Source of the DNA: an uncultured virus (IMG/VR IMGVR_UViG_3300034073_003631)
Lineage: Duplodnaviria > Heunggongvirae > Uroviricota > Caudoviricetes
Virus record (IMG/VR): IMGVR_UViG_3300034073_003631
Span: 56,566-76,565 of that record
Reading direction: 5' to 3' (one strand)
DNA length: 20,000 nt
The stretch's first letter is position 1, and every line of letters starts with the position of its first letter. Shown here in pieces: positions 8,545 to 16,230 of this stretch. Position numbers and translations under genes: made by a program. Under the pieces are notes generated by a model. It searched no databases, was not told the DNA's origin, and worked only from the letters and a program-made list of their open reading frames with translations.

Positions 8545-9009
8545 ATGAACAGACTAATTTTAACAATTCTTGTTGCTCTACCCCTAGTTGGGTTTTCACA
8601 ATCTACGATTGACACATTATGCTTTGAACTTCCTTATAGGAAACAAGCACCAGCTCCTTGCAGTATTGAAGATACTACCACATCTGAAACCAGATTATAT
8701 ATGGTTAAAGTTGGGTTATATGACAGGAATATTGAAGCTAGGGAATACATCATAAAGATTGACCTTGGATCACAATATCACTACTTCTATAACCAATTAT
8801 TTAGAAGCAGGGATAAAGCAACTAATGCTATGAAGAATTTAAGGGGATTGGGCTACTGTGATGCTTATGTTGTTGAATTACCTAGTTTTATTATGGGGTT
8901 TGAATTTAATGAACCAAAACAAACAACCTCACTTGCTAACCCAAATCAACTTCCAACATCGCTTAGTAAACAACCACAAAGTGGGGCAAAGGTTACTTGG
9001 GTGAATTGA
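8545..9009 (+). CDS. Secreted protein with SPOR-like domain
   Basis: Sec signal peptide MNRLILTILVALPLVGFSQ; YMVKVGLY...FRSRDKATNAMKNLRGLGYCDAYVV resembles a SPOR peptidoglycan-binding domain. Confidence 0.65.
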   Translation: MNRLILTILVALPLVGFSQSTIDTLCFELPYRKQAPAPCSIEDTTTSETRLYMVKVGLYDRNIEAREYIIKIDLGSQYHYFYNQLFRSRDKATNAMKNLRGLGYCDAYVVELPSFIMGFEFNEPKQTTSLANPNQLPTSLSKQPQSGAKVTWVN

Positions 9010-9027
9010 CACAACCATTTGAATCTT

Positions 9028-9064
9028 AAAAAGAGGCATATGCATTTTGTGTATGCCTTTTTTA
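9028..9064 (+). terminator. Intrinsic terminator
   Basis: AGGCATATGCA-TTT-TGTGTATGCCT hairpin (with G-U pairs) followed by a T run. Confidence 0.7.
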
Positions 9065-9092
9065 ATAAACATTTTTTAATAAACAAAAAAAC

Positions 9093-9716
9093 ATGAAGAA
9101 TTTAATTTTATTAATTTTTACAATTTTAACCACATCATTAAATGCACAGTTTATCACAACTGGTATTAGAGGGGGTTTAAGTAGTTCTATGAGTTTGGAT
9201 GAAATTCAACTCATTAACACATCAAGCAAGGAGGAATTCTTGTTGTCTATGAGTAACAAAACATTTGGATACCACTTTGGTGCATTGTTAAGAGTTAAAC
9301 TTGGACCATTATTTGTGCAACCAGAGGTTGTTTTCAATTCAAACTCATTTGATATATCTTTCCAGGATATAAATAAGTTAACAACAAATATTGGAAAACA
9401 AAAATTTCAATACATTGATATCCCTGTCTTGGTTGGAATTAAATTTGGTCCATTAAGAGTTAATGCAGGACCAACTGGTCATTTATTTCTAAATAACACA
9501 AAGGATTTATTTGATGTAAATAATTATGCAGCAACTTTTGAAAAAGTTAGTATTGCTTACACAACAGGTGTAGGGTTGGATTTGGGTGCATTTATGCTTG
9601 ATGTGAGGTATGATGGTAATTTATCTGATAATAATCCCCTAATTCAATTTACAGAAGGATTTACCTTATCAAATAGACCACCAAGATTCTCTGCTAGTAT
9701 TGGTTTTAAGTTTTAA
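9093..9716 (+). CDS. Outer-membrane beta-barrel protein (Bacteroidota porin-family / OMP_b-brl_2-like)
   Basis: Signal peptide ending SLNA-Q; GIRGG, GYHFG, FVQPEV, YIDIPVLVG, RVNAGP, LDVRY; C-terminal SIGFKF (terminal Phe BAM signal). Confidence 0.85.
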   Translation: MKNLILLIFTILTTSLNAQFITTGIRGGLSSSMSLDEIQLINTSSKEEFLLSMSNKTFGYHFGALLRVKLGPLFVQPEVVFNSNSFDISFQDINKLTTNIGKQKFQYIDIPVLVGIKFGPLRVNAGPTGHLFLNNTKDLFDVNNYAATFEKVSIAYTTGVGLDLGAFMLDVRYDGNLSDNNPLIQFTEGFTLSNRPPRFSASIGFKF

Positions 9717-9736
9717 AACTAAATGAAAATTTTAAT

Positions 9737-9774
9737 ACCCCAATCTGAATAATAATTTAGGTTGGGGTTTTTTT
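9737..9774 (+). terminator. Intrinsic terminator
   Basis: ACCCCAATCTGAAT...ATTTAGGTTGGGGT hairpin plus T run. Confidence 0.8.
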
Positions 9775-9790
9775 ATTCAAGTATTATGTG

Positions 9791-9798
9791 TATATTTG
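9791..9798 (+). promoter_or_regulatory. Bacteroidota-type -7 promoter element (TATATTTG)
   Basis: TAnnTTTG match 30 nt upstream of ATG 9829. Confidence 0.65.
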
Positions 9799-9828
9799 CA
9801 TATCAATTAATCACAAAAAATAAATCAC

Positions 9829-10593
9829 ATGTTTGTATCACAGAATATCCAGAAGCCAATTGAGAATGAGTTGGATTTATTTGAAAGAGCCTTAGAAGGT
9901 AAGGACAAAGATGCTATTAAATTATACATCAAGAAAGAATTTTTTGAGGAGGAAAATTTGTATAATTTCCTCAATGAAAGGTTGAAAGATTTGGAGATTA
10001 AATCAAAGAGGGCAACAAAGTTTAAGAATTTTGAGGCAATGATTAGATCTGGGTTAAAATCTTTGGCTGGAAAAGATGATTTTAGACCTGCTATGATGAC
10101 AGCATACTTCTGTTTTGATAGAAAGGAAATTGCTATTACAGATGCACATAAAATGGTTGTTATTCCTGCACCAGATTTAGAATTTACAGAAGACACTTAT
10201 TTCTCTGTTGATAAATTAAAAAATCTAATTGCTCAAAATGAGGAGGAGTTTGTAAATAAGTTTCCAAGATACTATAATGTTATTCCAGAGTTATCTGATG
10301 AGAATGCTTTTGATGTTGATATTACCCAAAGGGATATTGATGTGATGAGGAAGTTTGTGGAAGTTTGCAAATTGTTGGGAATGAAGCATATGAAGGTTAA
10401 AATTGGACCATCATTATTTGATCCAATTAAAGTGTTGGAAGTAATTGATTTTGCTAGAAGCATTGACCCAAAATGGGCAATCAATTTTAAAGCCAAGACA
10501 TTATCACATCCTCATATTATGGTATCAAATGGTTATACCTTTTTGATTATGCCATTATTGCAATCTGAGGATGATAAATTCTTCAAGGTTTAG
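9829..10593 (+). CDS. DNA polymerase III beta-clamp-like protein (partial domain set)
   Basis: AGKDDFRPAM...ITDAHKM (compare DnaN A..d..RP.L.G...ATDGHRL), KFPRYYNVIP (FP.Y..VIP), terminal FLIMPL. Confidence 0.7.
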   Translation: MFVSQNIQKPIENELDLFERALEGKDKDAIKLYIKKEFFEEENLYNFLNERLKDLEIKSKRATKFKNFEAMIRSGLKSLAGKDDFRPAMMTAYFCFDRKEIAITDAHKMVVIPAPDLEFTEDTYFSVDKLKNLIAQNEEEFVNKFPRYYNVIPELSDENAFDVDITQRDIDVMRKFVEVCKLLGMKHMKVKIGPSLFDPIKVLEVIDFARSIDPKWAINFKAKTLSHPHIMVSNGYTFLIMPLLQSEDDKFFKV

Positions 10594-10663
10594 TATTAAA
10601 TCCCAATATATTGTACCCCCCAATCTTATGGTTGGGGGTTTTTTATTTATTAATATATTTATA
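10586..10663 (+). repeat. Direct repeat R1 copy 1 (terminator plus ATATTTATA motif)
   Basis: AGGTTTAGTATTAAATCCCAATATATTG.ACCCCCCAATCTTATGGTTGG... recurs at 11155-11231. Contains the hairpin CCCCCAATC/GGTTGGGGG with a T run. Confidence 0.9.
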
Positions 10664-10672
10664 TATAAAAAA

Positions 10673-11098
10673 ATGAAAGATTTGAATAAACTCATTAAAG
10701 AAAATATACACAAGTATATTCTTTTAAAAGAGAGCCAGGAAAAAACACTAAATGAACTTTTGGGTATATTATCTAAATATGAACTTCCAGATGGGGATTA
10801 TGCAATTTTTGGTTCAGCACCACTTATGGTATCAGGTATGATTGATTCAGTAAATGATTTAGATGTTATCATTAGACCATCAAAATGGCCTTTTCCTAGC
10901 AAAGGAGAATATAGAACAGATGACATTGAATTTTTTGATAATTGGCCTGGATTTGATGTTGATGATTTAATTGATAATCATACCTTTGAATATAATGGTT
11001 TTTTATTTGTTAATTCTAGTGAGGTTATAAAATATAAAAGAAAATTAAAAAGAGAAAAAGATAAAAATGTTTGGATGTTTAAATCTGATAATAATTAA
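10673..11098 (+). CDS. Pol-beta superfamily nucleotidyltransferase-like protein with leader peptide
   Basis: YAIFGSAPLMVSG...VNDLDVII (hGS...DxD), later DIEFF and REKD. ATG 10673 follows ATATTTATA; the 10571 start runs through a terminator. Confidence 0.75.
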   Translation: MKDLNKLIKENIHKYILLKESQEKTLNELLGILSKYELPDGDYAIFGSAPLMVSGMIDSVNDLDVIIRPSKWPFPSKGEYRTDDIEFFDNWPGFDVDDLIDNHTFEYNGFLFVNSSEVIKYKRKLKREKDKNVWMFKSDNN

Positions 11099-11145
11099 AC
11101 ATAGTGTTCATTGTCAATGAACGTTCAAATATAATGAACACAATA
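11057..11145 (+). repeat. Direct repeat R2 copy 1 (gene 3' end plus two 17-bp GTTCA-N7-TGAAC units)
   Basis: AAAGATAAAAAT.TTTGGATGTTTAAATCTGATAATAATTAAACATA... recurs at 11962-12066. Confidence 0.9.
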
Positions 11146-11154
11146 ATTTCTTAC

Positions 11155-11284
<130 letters not shown>

Positions 11285-11341
11285 TAACTTGTTTTAAAAC
11301 CTGGAGGGTTATTAAAATATAACTTGATTAAAAAAAATATA

Positions 11342-11938
11342 ATGGAAAAAGAAGCATTAAAAAGAATGTTAGAGTTCTTTGAAAAAAAAGAAAATTATAG
11401 AATACCACTTAGTTTTAAACTTAAAAACAATGAACCAATAACAAAAGAAGATTTATATGTTAAAGGTGATTTGAAAATTGTCAATGGTTTTAATTTAACA
11501 TCATTACCAGAAGGATTAAATGTTGGTGCTTTGCGGTTATTAAATTGCAATAATTTAACCTCATTACCAAAAGATTTAAATGTTCGTGGTGATTTGTATT
11601 TATCAGATATGCCTATAACCTCATTACCAGAAGGATTGAAAAAAGTTTTTAGTTTATCTCTAGTTAGTTGCCCTAATTTTTCCTCATTACCAAAAGGTTT
11701 GGAAATTGAGGGTCCTTTTATTTTATTGATGTGTCCAAATTTAATATCATTACCGGAAAGATTTAGAGTTGGTCATAATTGTTTATTATCTTCTTCAAAT
11801 ATAACTTCATTACCAAAAGGCTTGGAAGTTTATGGTGATTTATTTATTAAGAATACAGCATTAACAAAATACACAGATGAAAAATTAAGAGAAATGATTA
11901 AGCCTGGGTTTATAGGTGGAAAAATAATTAGACAATGA
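11342..11938 (+). CDS. Leucine-rich repeat protein (LTSLPEGLxVxGxLxL type)
   Basis: About six tandem units: LTSLPEGLNV, LTSLPKDLNV, ITSLPEGLKK, FSSLPKGLEI, LISLPERFRV, ITSLPKGLEV. ATG 11342 preferred over TTG 11324. Confidence 0.85.
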   Translation: MEKEALKRMLEFFEKKENYRIPLSFKLKNNEPITKEDLYVKGDLKIVNGFNLTSLPEGLNVGALRLLNCNNLTSLPKDLNVRGDLYLSDMPITSLPEGLKKVFSLSLVSCPNFSSLPKGLEIEGPFILLMCPNLISLPERFRVGHNCLLSSSNITSLPKGLEVYGDLFIKNTALTKYTDEKLREMIKPGFIGGKIIRQ

Positions 11939-12003
11939 AAAAAGAAGCATTAAAAAGATACAAAGATAAAAATATTTGGATGTTTAAATCTGATAATAAT
12001 TAA
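11935..12003 (+). pseudogene. Chimeric 22-aa remnant: LRR-gene start fused to nucleotidyltransferase-gene end
   Basis: MKKEALKR-Y-KDKNIWMFKSDNN*. The first 24 nt match 11342-11365 (one mismatch); the rest matches 11057-11098. Confidence 0.8.
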
Positions 12004-12066
12004 ACATACTGTTCAATATTTATTAATGTTCATTGTCATTGAACATTCAAATACACTGAACATAAT
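11962..12066 (+). repeat. Direct repeat R2 copy 2 (three 17-bp units)
   Basis: Matches 11057-11145 with one extra degenerate 17-bp unit at 12011-12027. Confidence 0.88.
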
Positions 12067-12083
12067 ATTAAAATAAAAATTAT

Positions 12084-12647
12084 ATGAATTTACAAGAGAA
12101 CATCCAGAGAATTATGGAGGTGATGAGCCTAAATGAGGTTAAAAATATGGGATTACTATACCATTACACATCAATGGAATTTGCAGAAGATATTATGAAG
12201 TCAAATAAACTTCTTGGATCTTTAAATGATTTTGAGGATAGAACATACAAGGTTGTATCTTTAACTAGGGATAGGAATTTCCATAACACACAATATCACA
12301 AAATGGTTGGTAAAAGTTATTTTGTTAGATTTGCATTAGATTCAGAAAAATTAAGTCAACGTTATAAGATGAGGCCAATATTTAGTTACTTTGAAAAACA
12401 AAAAGGTAAACAAAATTTATTTGGGGCAGAAGAAGGTGTTATTACAGATGAAATATTTCCATTAACAAGATATTTGGTAAAGATTGAAATAATAAAACCA
12501 TTTATGGATGCATCATTAAAAATGTATAAGAATGATTTGGAACATTATAATCTTGATAAGATGGATGAGTTTATAAAAAAGTATGATGTAAGGCTTATAG
12601 ATTTGAATAATAGGGAAGTTAAGAATGATAACATAAATGAGGATTAA
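12084..12647 (+). CDS. Putative ADP-ribosyltransferase-fold protein with MNLQENI leader
   Basis: LYHYTS (strand-1 His), VSLTRD (Ser strand), late AEE acidic motif. This order fits an ART fold. Confidence 0.55.
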   Translation: MNLQENIQRIMEVMSLNEVKNMGLLYHYTSMEFAEDIMKSNKLLGSLNDFEDRTYKVVSLTRDRNFHNTQYHKMVGKSYFVRFALDSEKLSQRYKMRPIFSYFEKQKGKQNLFGAEEGVITDEIFPLTRYLVKIEIIKPFMDASLKMYKNDLEHYNLDKMDEFIKKYDVRLIDLNNREVKNDNINED

Positions 12648-12671
12648 TTTGGGGGTATTAAATTTTATAAT

Positions 12672-13127
12672 ATGAATTTACAAGAGAACATCCAGAGAAT
12701 TATAGAGGTAATGAATATAAATCAATACAAAGACATCCAGGCATATAGGGGTATTGGCAAAAGAATAAATGCAACATATGGTGGGAATGATGATGGTATT
12801 GGTGTATTCTGGACTGACAATATGACAATGGCAAAATGGTTTGCTGGGTTAATTGAATATGATGTTGATACGGATCAATATGAAACCATTTCAGAAGATG
12901 GAAAGGTTATTGAAAAAACATTAAACTTTAATAACCCATATGTAATTACAACAGATGATGAGGATTATGACGCATTCCAGCAATATATGGATGAGATTAA
13001 AGAAACTGGTGGTGTGGAGGCCTACAAATCAAATTTAATTGATAAAGGCTATGATGGCATTATATTAGAAGACAACAACACCAATTATTATGAAGATGGT
13101 ACATACAACATCTATATAGAATTTTAA
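12672..13127 (+). CDS. ADP-ribosyltransferase-like (ART-PolyVal-like) protein with MNLQENI leader
   Basis: AYRG...GIGVFWTDNMTMAKWFA...GKVIEKTLNFNNP...LIDKGYDGII...YIEF. Confidence 0.65.
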   Translation: MNLQENIQRIIEVMNINQYKDIQAYRGIGKRINATYGGNDDGIGVFWTDNMTMAKWFAGLIEYDVDTDQYETISEDGKVIEKTLNFNNPYVITTDDEDYDAFQQYMDEIKETGGVEAYKSNLIDKGYDGIILEDNNTNYYEDGTYNIYIEF

Positions 13128-13137
13128 AAAAAGGCAA

Positions 13138-13189
13138 AGAGGGGGGGGGGATATATAAAAGAAATTTTTTTATTTTAGCCCCCCCCTCT
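13138..13189. terminator. G10/C8 inverted repeat, probable terminator
   Basis: AGAGGGGGGGGGG...CCCCCCCCTCT around an AT-rich core, directly after the stop at 13127. Confidence 0.5.
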
Positions 13190-13251
13190 CCAAATCAACC
13201 AAAACTTGATGCAATAAATTATATTTAATATATTTATATAAAAAATTGAAT

Positions 13252-13719
13252 ATGAAAAAAAATAGATTTAATCAATTATTGGAAGCAACAATGGGTGATG
13301 TTAAACCCTTGTTAATTGAATCCGAAGGTTCTCAAAATTTTGTCATTACTAATGAAACAACAGTTCAAGAATTAGAAGATTATTTATACGAAAAAATTCA
13401 GAATAGGTATAATTATGGAGAGGATAGAACTTTTAATTTTATTATTGAAGAATTAGTAGAGAATATTCTTGAAGCATCTGGCAAATCAGAACAAGAAGCA
13501 GGGTCTGTGGCTACAAAATTTGTTGAAGACAATATGACTAATAATCAAGCAAATATTCCAAATGAATATTCTGACTATGGATTTGATGTAGAGGGTGAAA
13601 ATCTATATAAAGGGAAGACTATTTTTGAATTTACTGCTGGGGGAGATGGATATGGATATGGTGGAACCCTTAGTAATTTAAATGAGTTACTAAATGATTT
13701 AAAAAAATTAAGTCAATAA
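13252..13719 (+). CDS. Acidic hypothetical protein with leader peptide
   Basis: MKKNRFNQLLEATMGDVKPLLIE...; ATATTTATA at 13230-13238. Confidence 0.75.
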   Translation: MKKNRFNQLLEATMGDVKPLLIESEGSQNFVITNETTVQELEDYLYEKIQNRYNYGEDRTFNFIIEELVENILEASGKSEQEAGSVATKFVEDNMTNNQANIPNEYSDYGFDVEGENLYKGKTIFEFTAGGDGYGYGGTLSNLNELLNDLKKLSQ

Positions 13720-13764
13720 GGTACTATTAATGAGGAGTGAAATATTTATAATAATAAATAAAAT

Positions 13765-14445
13765 ATGAAAAAAATAATATTAACAGAATCTGAATTAAAC
13801 TTTTTGATTAAAAACATACTAAATGAAAATTTAATATTGGAATCAAATAGAAGGGGGTTAAATGTGGATAATTTAGAAAGAACTTTTGCACATTACAATC
13901 AGCTTGAATCTCGTGGAACATTCAATGAAATATTCAAGTATGAAAGGGAAAATGGAATAGAACCTATGAAATCTTTCACAAATGGTTGTGCTACCAAAGT
14001 TTCTTTGGCATTAAATTCTGCTGGACAATCATTAAACCCAACTTTTAGGGTATCAAATGGACCATTTAAAGGTAAATATGTACAAACAAGTGCTAAAGGA
14101 CTTAAAGACGAATTGATGCAAAAATGGGGGCAACCAGATGTATTTATAAAAAAAGTAGAATCTCTTAAACAAGTTCAAGATAAAATTGGTCCTGGTAAGA
14201 GTGGGGTTTATATTTGCACACCATGTGGATTTAAAACATGTACAGGACATGCTGCTATTTGGTCTTGGAAACTAAATGGTAATAAAGGTGGTCCTATGGA
14301 CAACACAACATATCCAGAAGTTAAAGGTGGAACAATATATTTTTGGCAAGTTGGAGAAACTGTTACTAATTTATATGGTTGGGATGTTAATAAAGATAAC
14401 ATGTTAAAAACAAAGAATCAATCCAATTTTCCCCTAAATATCTAG
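13765..14445 (+). CDS. Tae4-family peptidoglycan amidase/endopeptidase with leader peptide
   Basis: NGCATKVSLALNSAG (compare Tae4 NxCAxRxSxALNxxG, catalytic Cys) and TGHAAIW (catalytic His). Leader MKKIILTESELNFLIKNILNE; ATATTTATA at 13742-13750. Confidence 0.78.
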   Translation: MKKIILTESELNFLIKNILNENLILESNRRGLNVDNLERTFAHYNQLESRGTFNEIFKYERENGIEPMKSFTNGCATKVSLALNSAGQSLNPTFRVSNGPFKGKYVQTSAKGLKDELMQKWGQPDVFIKKVESLKQVQDKIGPGKSGVYICTPCGFKTCTGHAAIWSWKLNGNKGGPMDNTTYPEVKGGTIYFWQVGETVTNLYGWDVNKDNMLKTKNQSNFPLNI

Positions 14446-14470
14446 GTTTTAATAAAAAAATTAATAAATT

Positions 14471-14686
14471 ATGAAAAGAATATTTAAATTAACAGAAAGT
14501 GATGTTGCAAGAATCATTAAAAAAGTTGTAAAAGAAGCCGACCCTGGTGATGGAACACCAGATGATTTTTCTGAATATGAAGGAAGAACTAACATTTATG
14601 CAAATAGTGTTAATAATCCTAAACATCTATTTAATAAAAAAAGTAAAAAACCTTTAGTTTACAACACAAAAAACCAAAATATTTAA
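14471..14686 (+). CDS. Small protein consisting of the leader motif plus a short tail
   Basis: MKRIFKLTESDVARIIKKVVKE is similar to the 13765 N-terminus. Confidence 0.7.
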   Translation: MKRIFKLTESDVARIIKKVVKEADPGDGTPDDFSEYEGRTNIYANSVNNPKHLFNKKSKKPLVYNTKNQNI

Positions 14687-14688
14687 AT

Positions 14689-14721
14689 AAAAAACCCCCA
14701 CAATAAATGTGGGGGTTTTTT
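14689..14721. terminator. Bidirectional intrinsic terminator
   Basis: AAAAAACCCCCACA-ATAAA-TGTGGGGGTTTTTT perfect inverted repeat between convergent genes. Confidence 0.9.
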
Positions 14722-14722
14722 A

Positions 14723-15529
14723 TTAAAAACTTTTTAATGTTGATTTATTAAAAGTGAATTCTGAACTATATAAATATTCACCAAAATTTAAATCATACCA
14801 AGGTGATTCTCTATCATCACCAACAAGAATTTGAATATCTTGTGCAGGCATATAACTTTGTGCTAACATAAATTTAACCTCACCATTTTTATTAAAACAT
14901 TTATCCACAACAATTACAGCATGACCTGGAAATCCACCAACAATGAATACATCTCCAATTTGCAAATCATTTATTGGTTTTGATTTAAGTTGTTTGCTCA
15001 ATGAATATGTGTTGGCATAAGAGAAAACTCCACACATATATTTCCATAAATTATTGGTTGATGGATTTCTACCTTCTAAGAAATTAATATAATTTGATTT
15101 AAATCCACTTACATAGAAAAATTCAATTTCATTATACTTTTTTTGGGAAAACAAATATTCAGCACGTAATCTCATAATGGCATCAGCACACTGGTGGTTA
15201 GGATTCCCCTTAAATGGCAAATTAACAACAGCACAATAGGCAGATGTGTTGGTTTTTAATGATCCATCAAAATGTTTAACTTTTGATCCATTTGGTAGCA
15301 AAGGTAAATTTTGTAGATATTCACCAAATGAATTTTTTTTAGATTTTACTCTTACAAAACCTTCTGGTGTGTTAAACCTTGTTTTCACTACAAATCCATC
15401 TTCATTTAAGATTTGTTTTGATTTAACAATAATAGTTTCATTTTGTGCAGAACTATTACTACAAGAGTTATGTACAAGTAAACCAATTAATACAAAAATG
15501 ATTAACAAATAATTTTTTAATATTTTCAT
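14723..15529 (-). CDS. DUF4846-family lipoprotein
   Basis: Lipoprotein-like signal (..LLVHNSC); QCADAIMRLRAEYLF, IGDVFIVGGFPGHAVIVVD, LAQSYMPAQDIQIL. A Cys/His pair suggests an NlpC/P60-like hydrolase. Confidence 0.85.
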   Translation of the reverse strand: MKILKNYLLIIFVLIGLLVHNSCSNSSAQNETIIVKSKQILNEDGFVVKTRFNTPEGFVRVKSKKNSFGEYLQNLPLLPNGSKVKHFDGSLKTNTSAYCAVVNLPFKGNPNHQCADAIMRLRAEYLFSQKKYNEIEFFYVSGFKSNYINFLEGRNPSTNNLWKYMCGVFSYANTYSLSKQLKSKPINDLQIGDVFIVGGFPGHAVIVVDKCFNKNGEVKFMLAQSYMPAQDIQILVGDDRESPWYDLNFGEYLYSSEFTFNKSTLKSF

Positions 15530-15594
15530 AGTTTTTTTTATAAAGATAAGTAGTCTTATTTAGATTAGCAAATATTGGAAAAGAGTAATTAGGA

Positions 15595-16176
15595 TTAATC
15601 ATACTTATTCTTGACAGGTATTGCCAATTCCGGATAGAATATTGCAATATCCTTTCCTGTAAATATTTCATCTCTATGATTAATCTTATAATGTGGTGAA
15701 TTATCAATATATATTGAATCAAAACCTTTCTCTTTTAGGGCTTCAATAAATGGTCTTGATTCCAGAACAGACCAATCGCCATCATAAAGGGCTTCTGATG
15801 CTGCTTCCTCATAATCTCTAATTCCTCCCCTTTGATGTTGGATAGTAGAGAAATCCCCAGTATCTGCTAAAAGTTCAATATACTCTGGGTCATCAGAATA
15901 TTGTTCTGGGTCAAATGTATTCTTTACATTTAGATGGTAAGATAGGATTCTAACATGACCATAGTCTGGTTCAGACTTTTCAGGGTAATCAAAATTCATT
16001 GCATATCTATATGCAATTTCTTTATGTTTGGTAAAAAAGATTAATCCCCTTTCATTGATTTTTAATTCATCATCATTAAAATTTGGGTTATCTGTTCCAT
16101 GATAGTATGTATCAGAACTATCAACATTAGCTTCCATAAGGACTATAATCCTATTAATATTTTCTTGCAAGTTCAT
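15595..16176 (-). CDS. ADP-ribosyltransferase-like (ART-PolyVal-like) protein with MNLQENI leader
   Basis: YYHGT...F...GLIFFTKHKEIAYRYA...YHLNVKNTFD...LKEKGFDSI...IAIFYP. ATATTTATA on the minus strand at 16192-16200. Confidence 0.7.
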   Translation of the reverse strand: MNLQENINRIIVLMEANVDSSDTYYHGTDNPNFNDDELKINERGLIFFTKHKEIAYRYAMNFDYPEKSEPDYGHVRILSYHLNVKNTFDPEQYSDDPEYIELLADTGDFSTIQHQRGGIRDYEEAASEALYDGDWSVLESRPFIEALKEKGFDSIYIDNSPHYKINHRDEIFTGKDIAIFYPELAIPVKNKYD

Positions 16177-16230
16177 AACTTATAATTTATATATAAATAT
16201 TGTTAATTTAAAAAACTTGTTGCTTGGGGG

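Noticed and set aside
10571..10672. Extended starts given by the ORF track (also 5278, 6829, 7387, 8518)
   Set aside because: The extensions run through terminators, promoters, a tRNA or upstream genes; downstream ATGs fit better.
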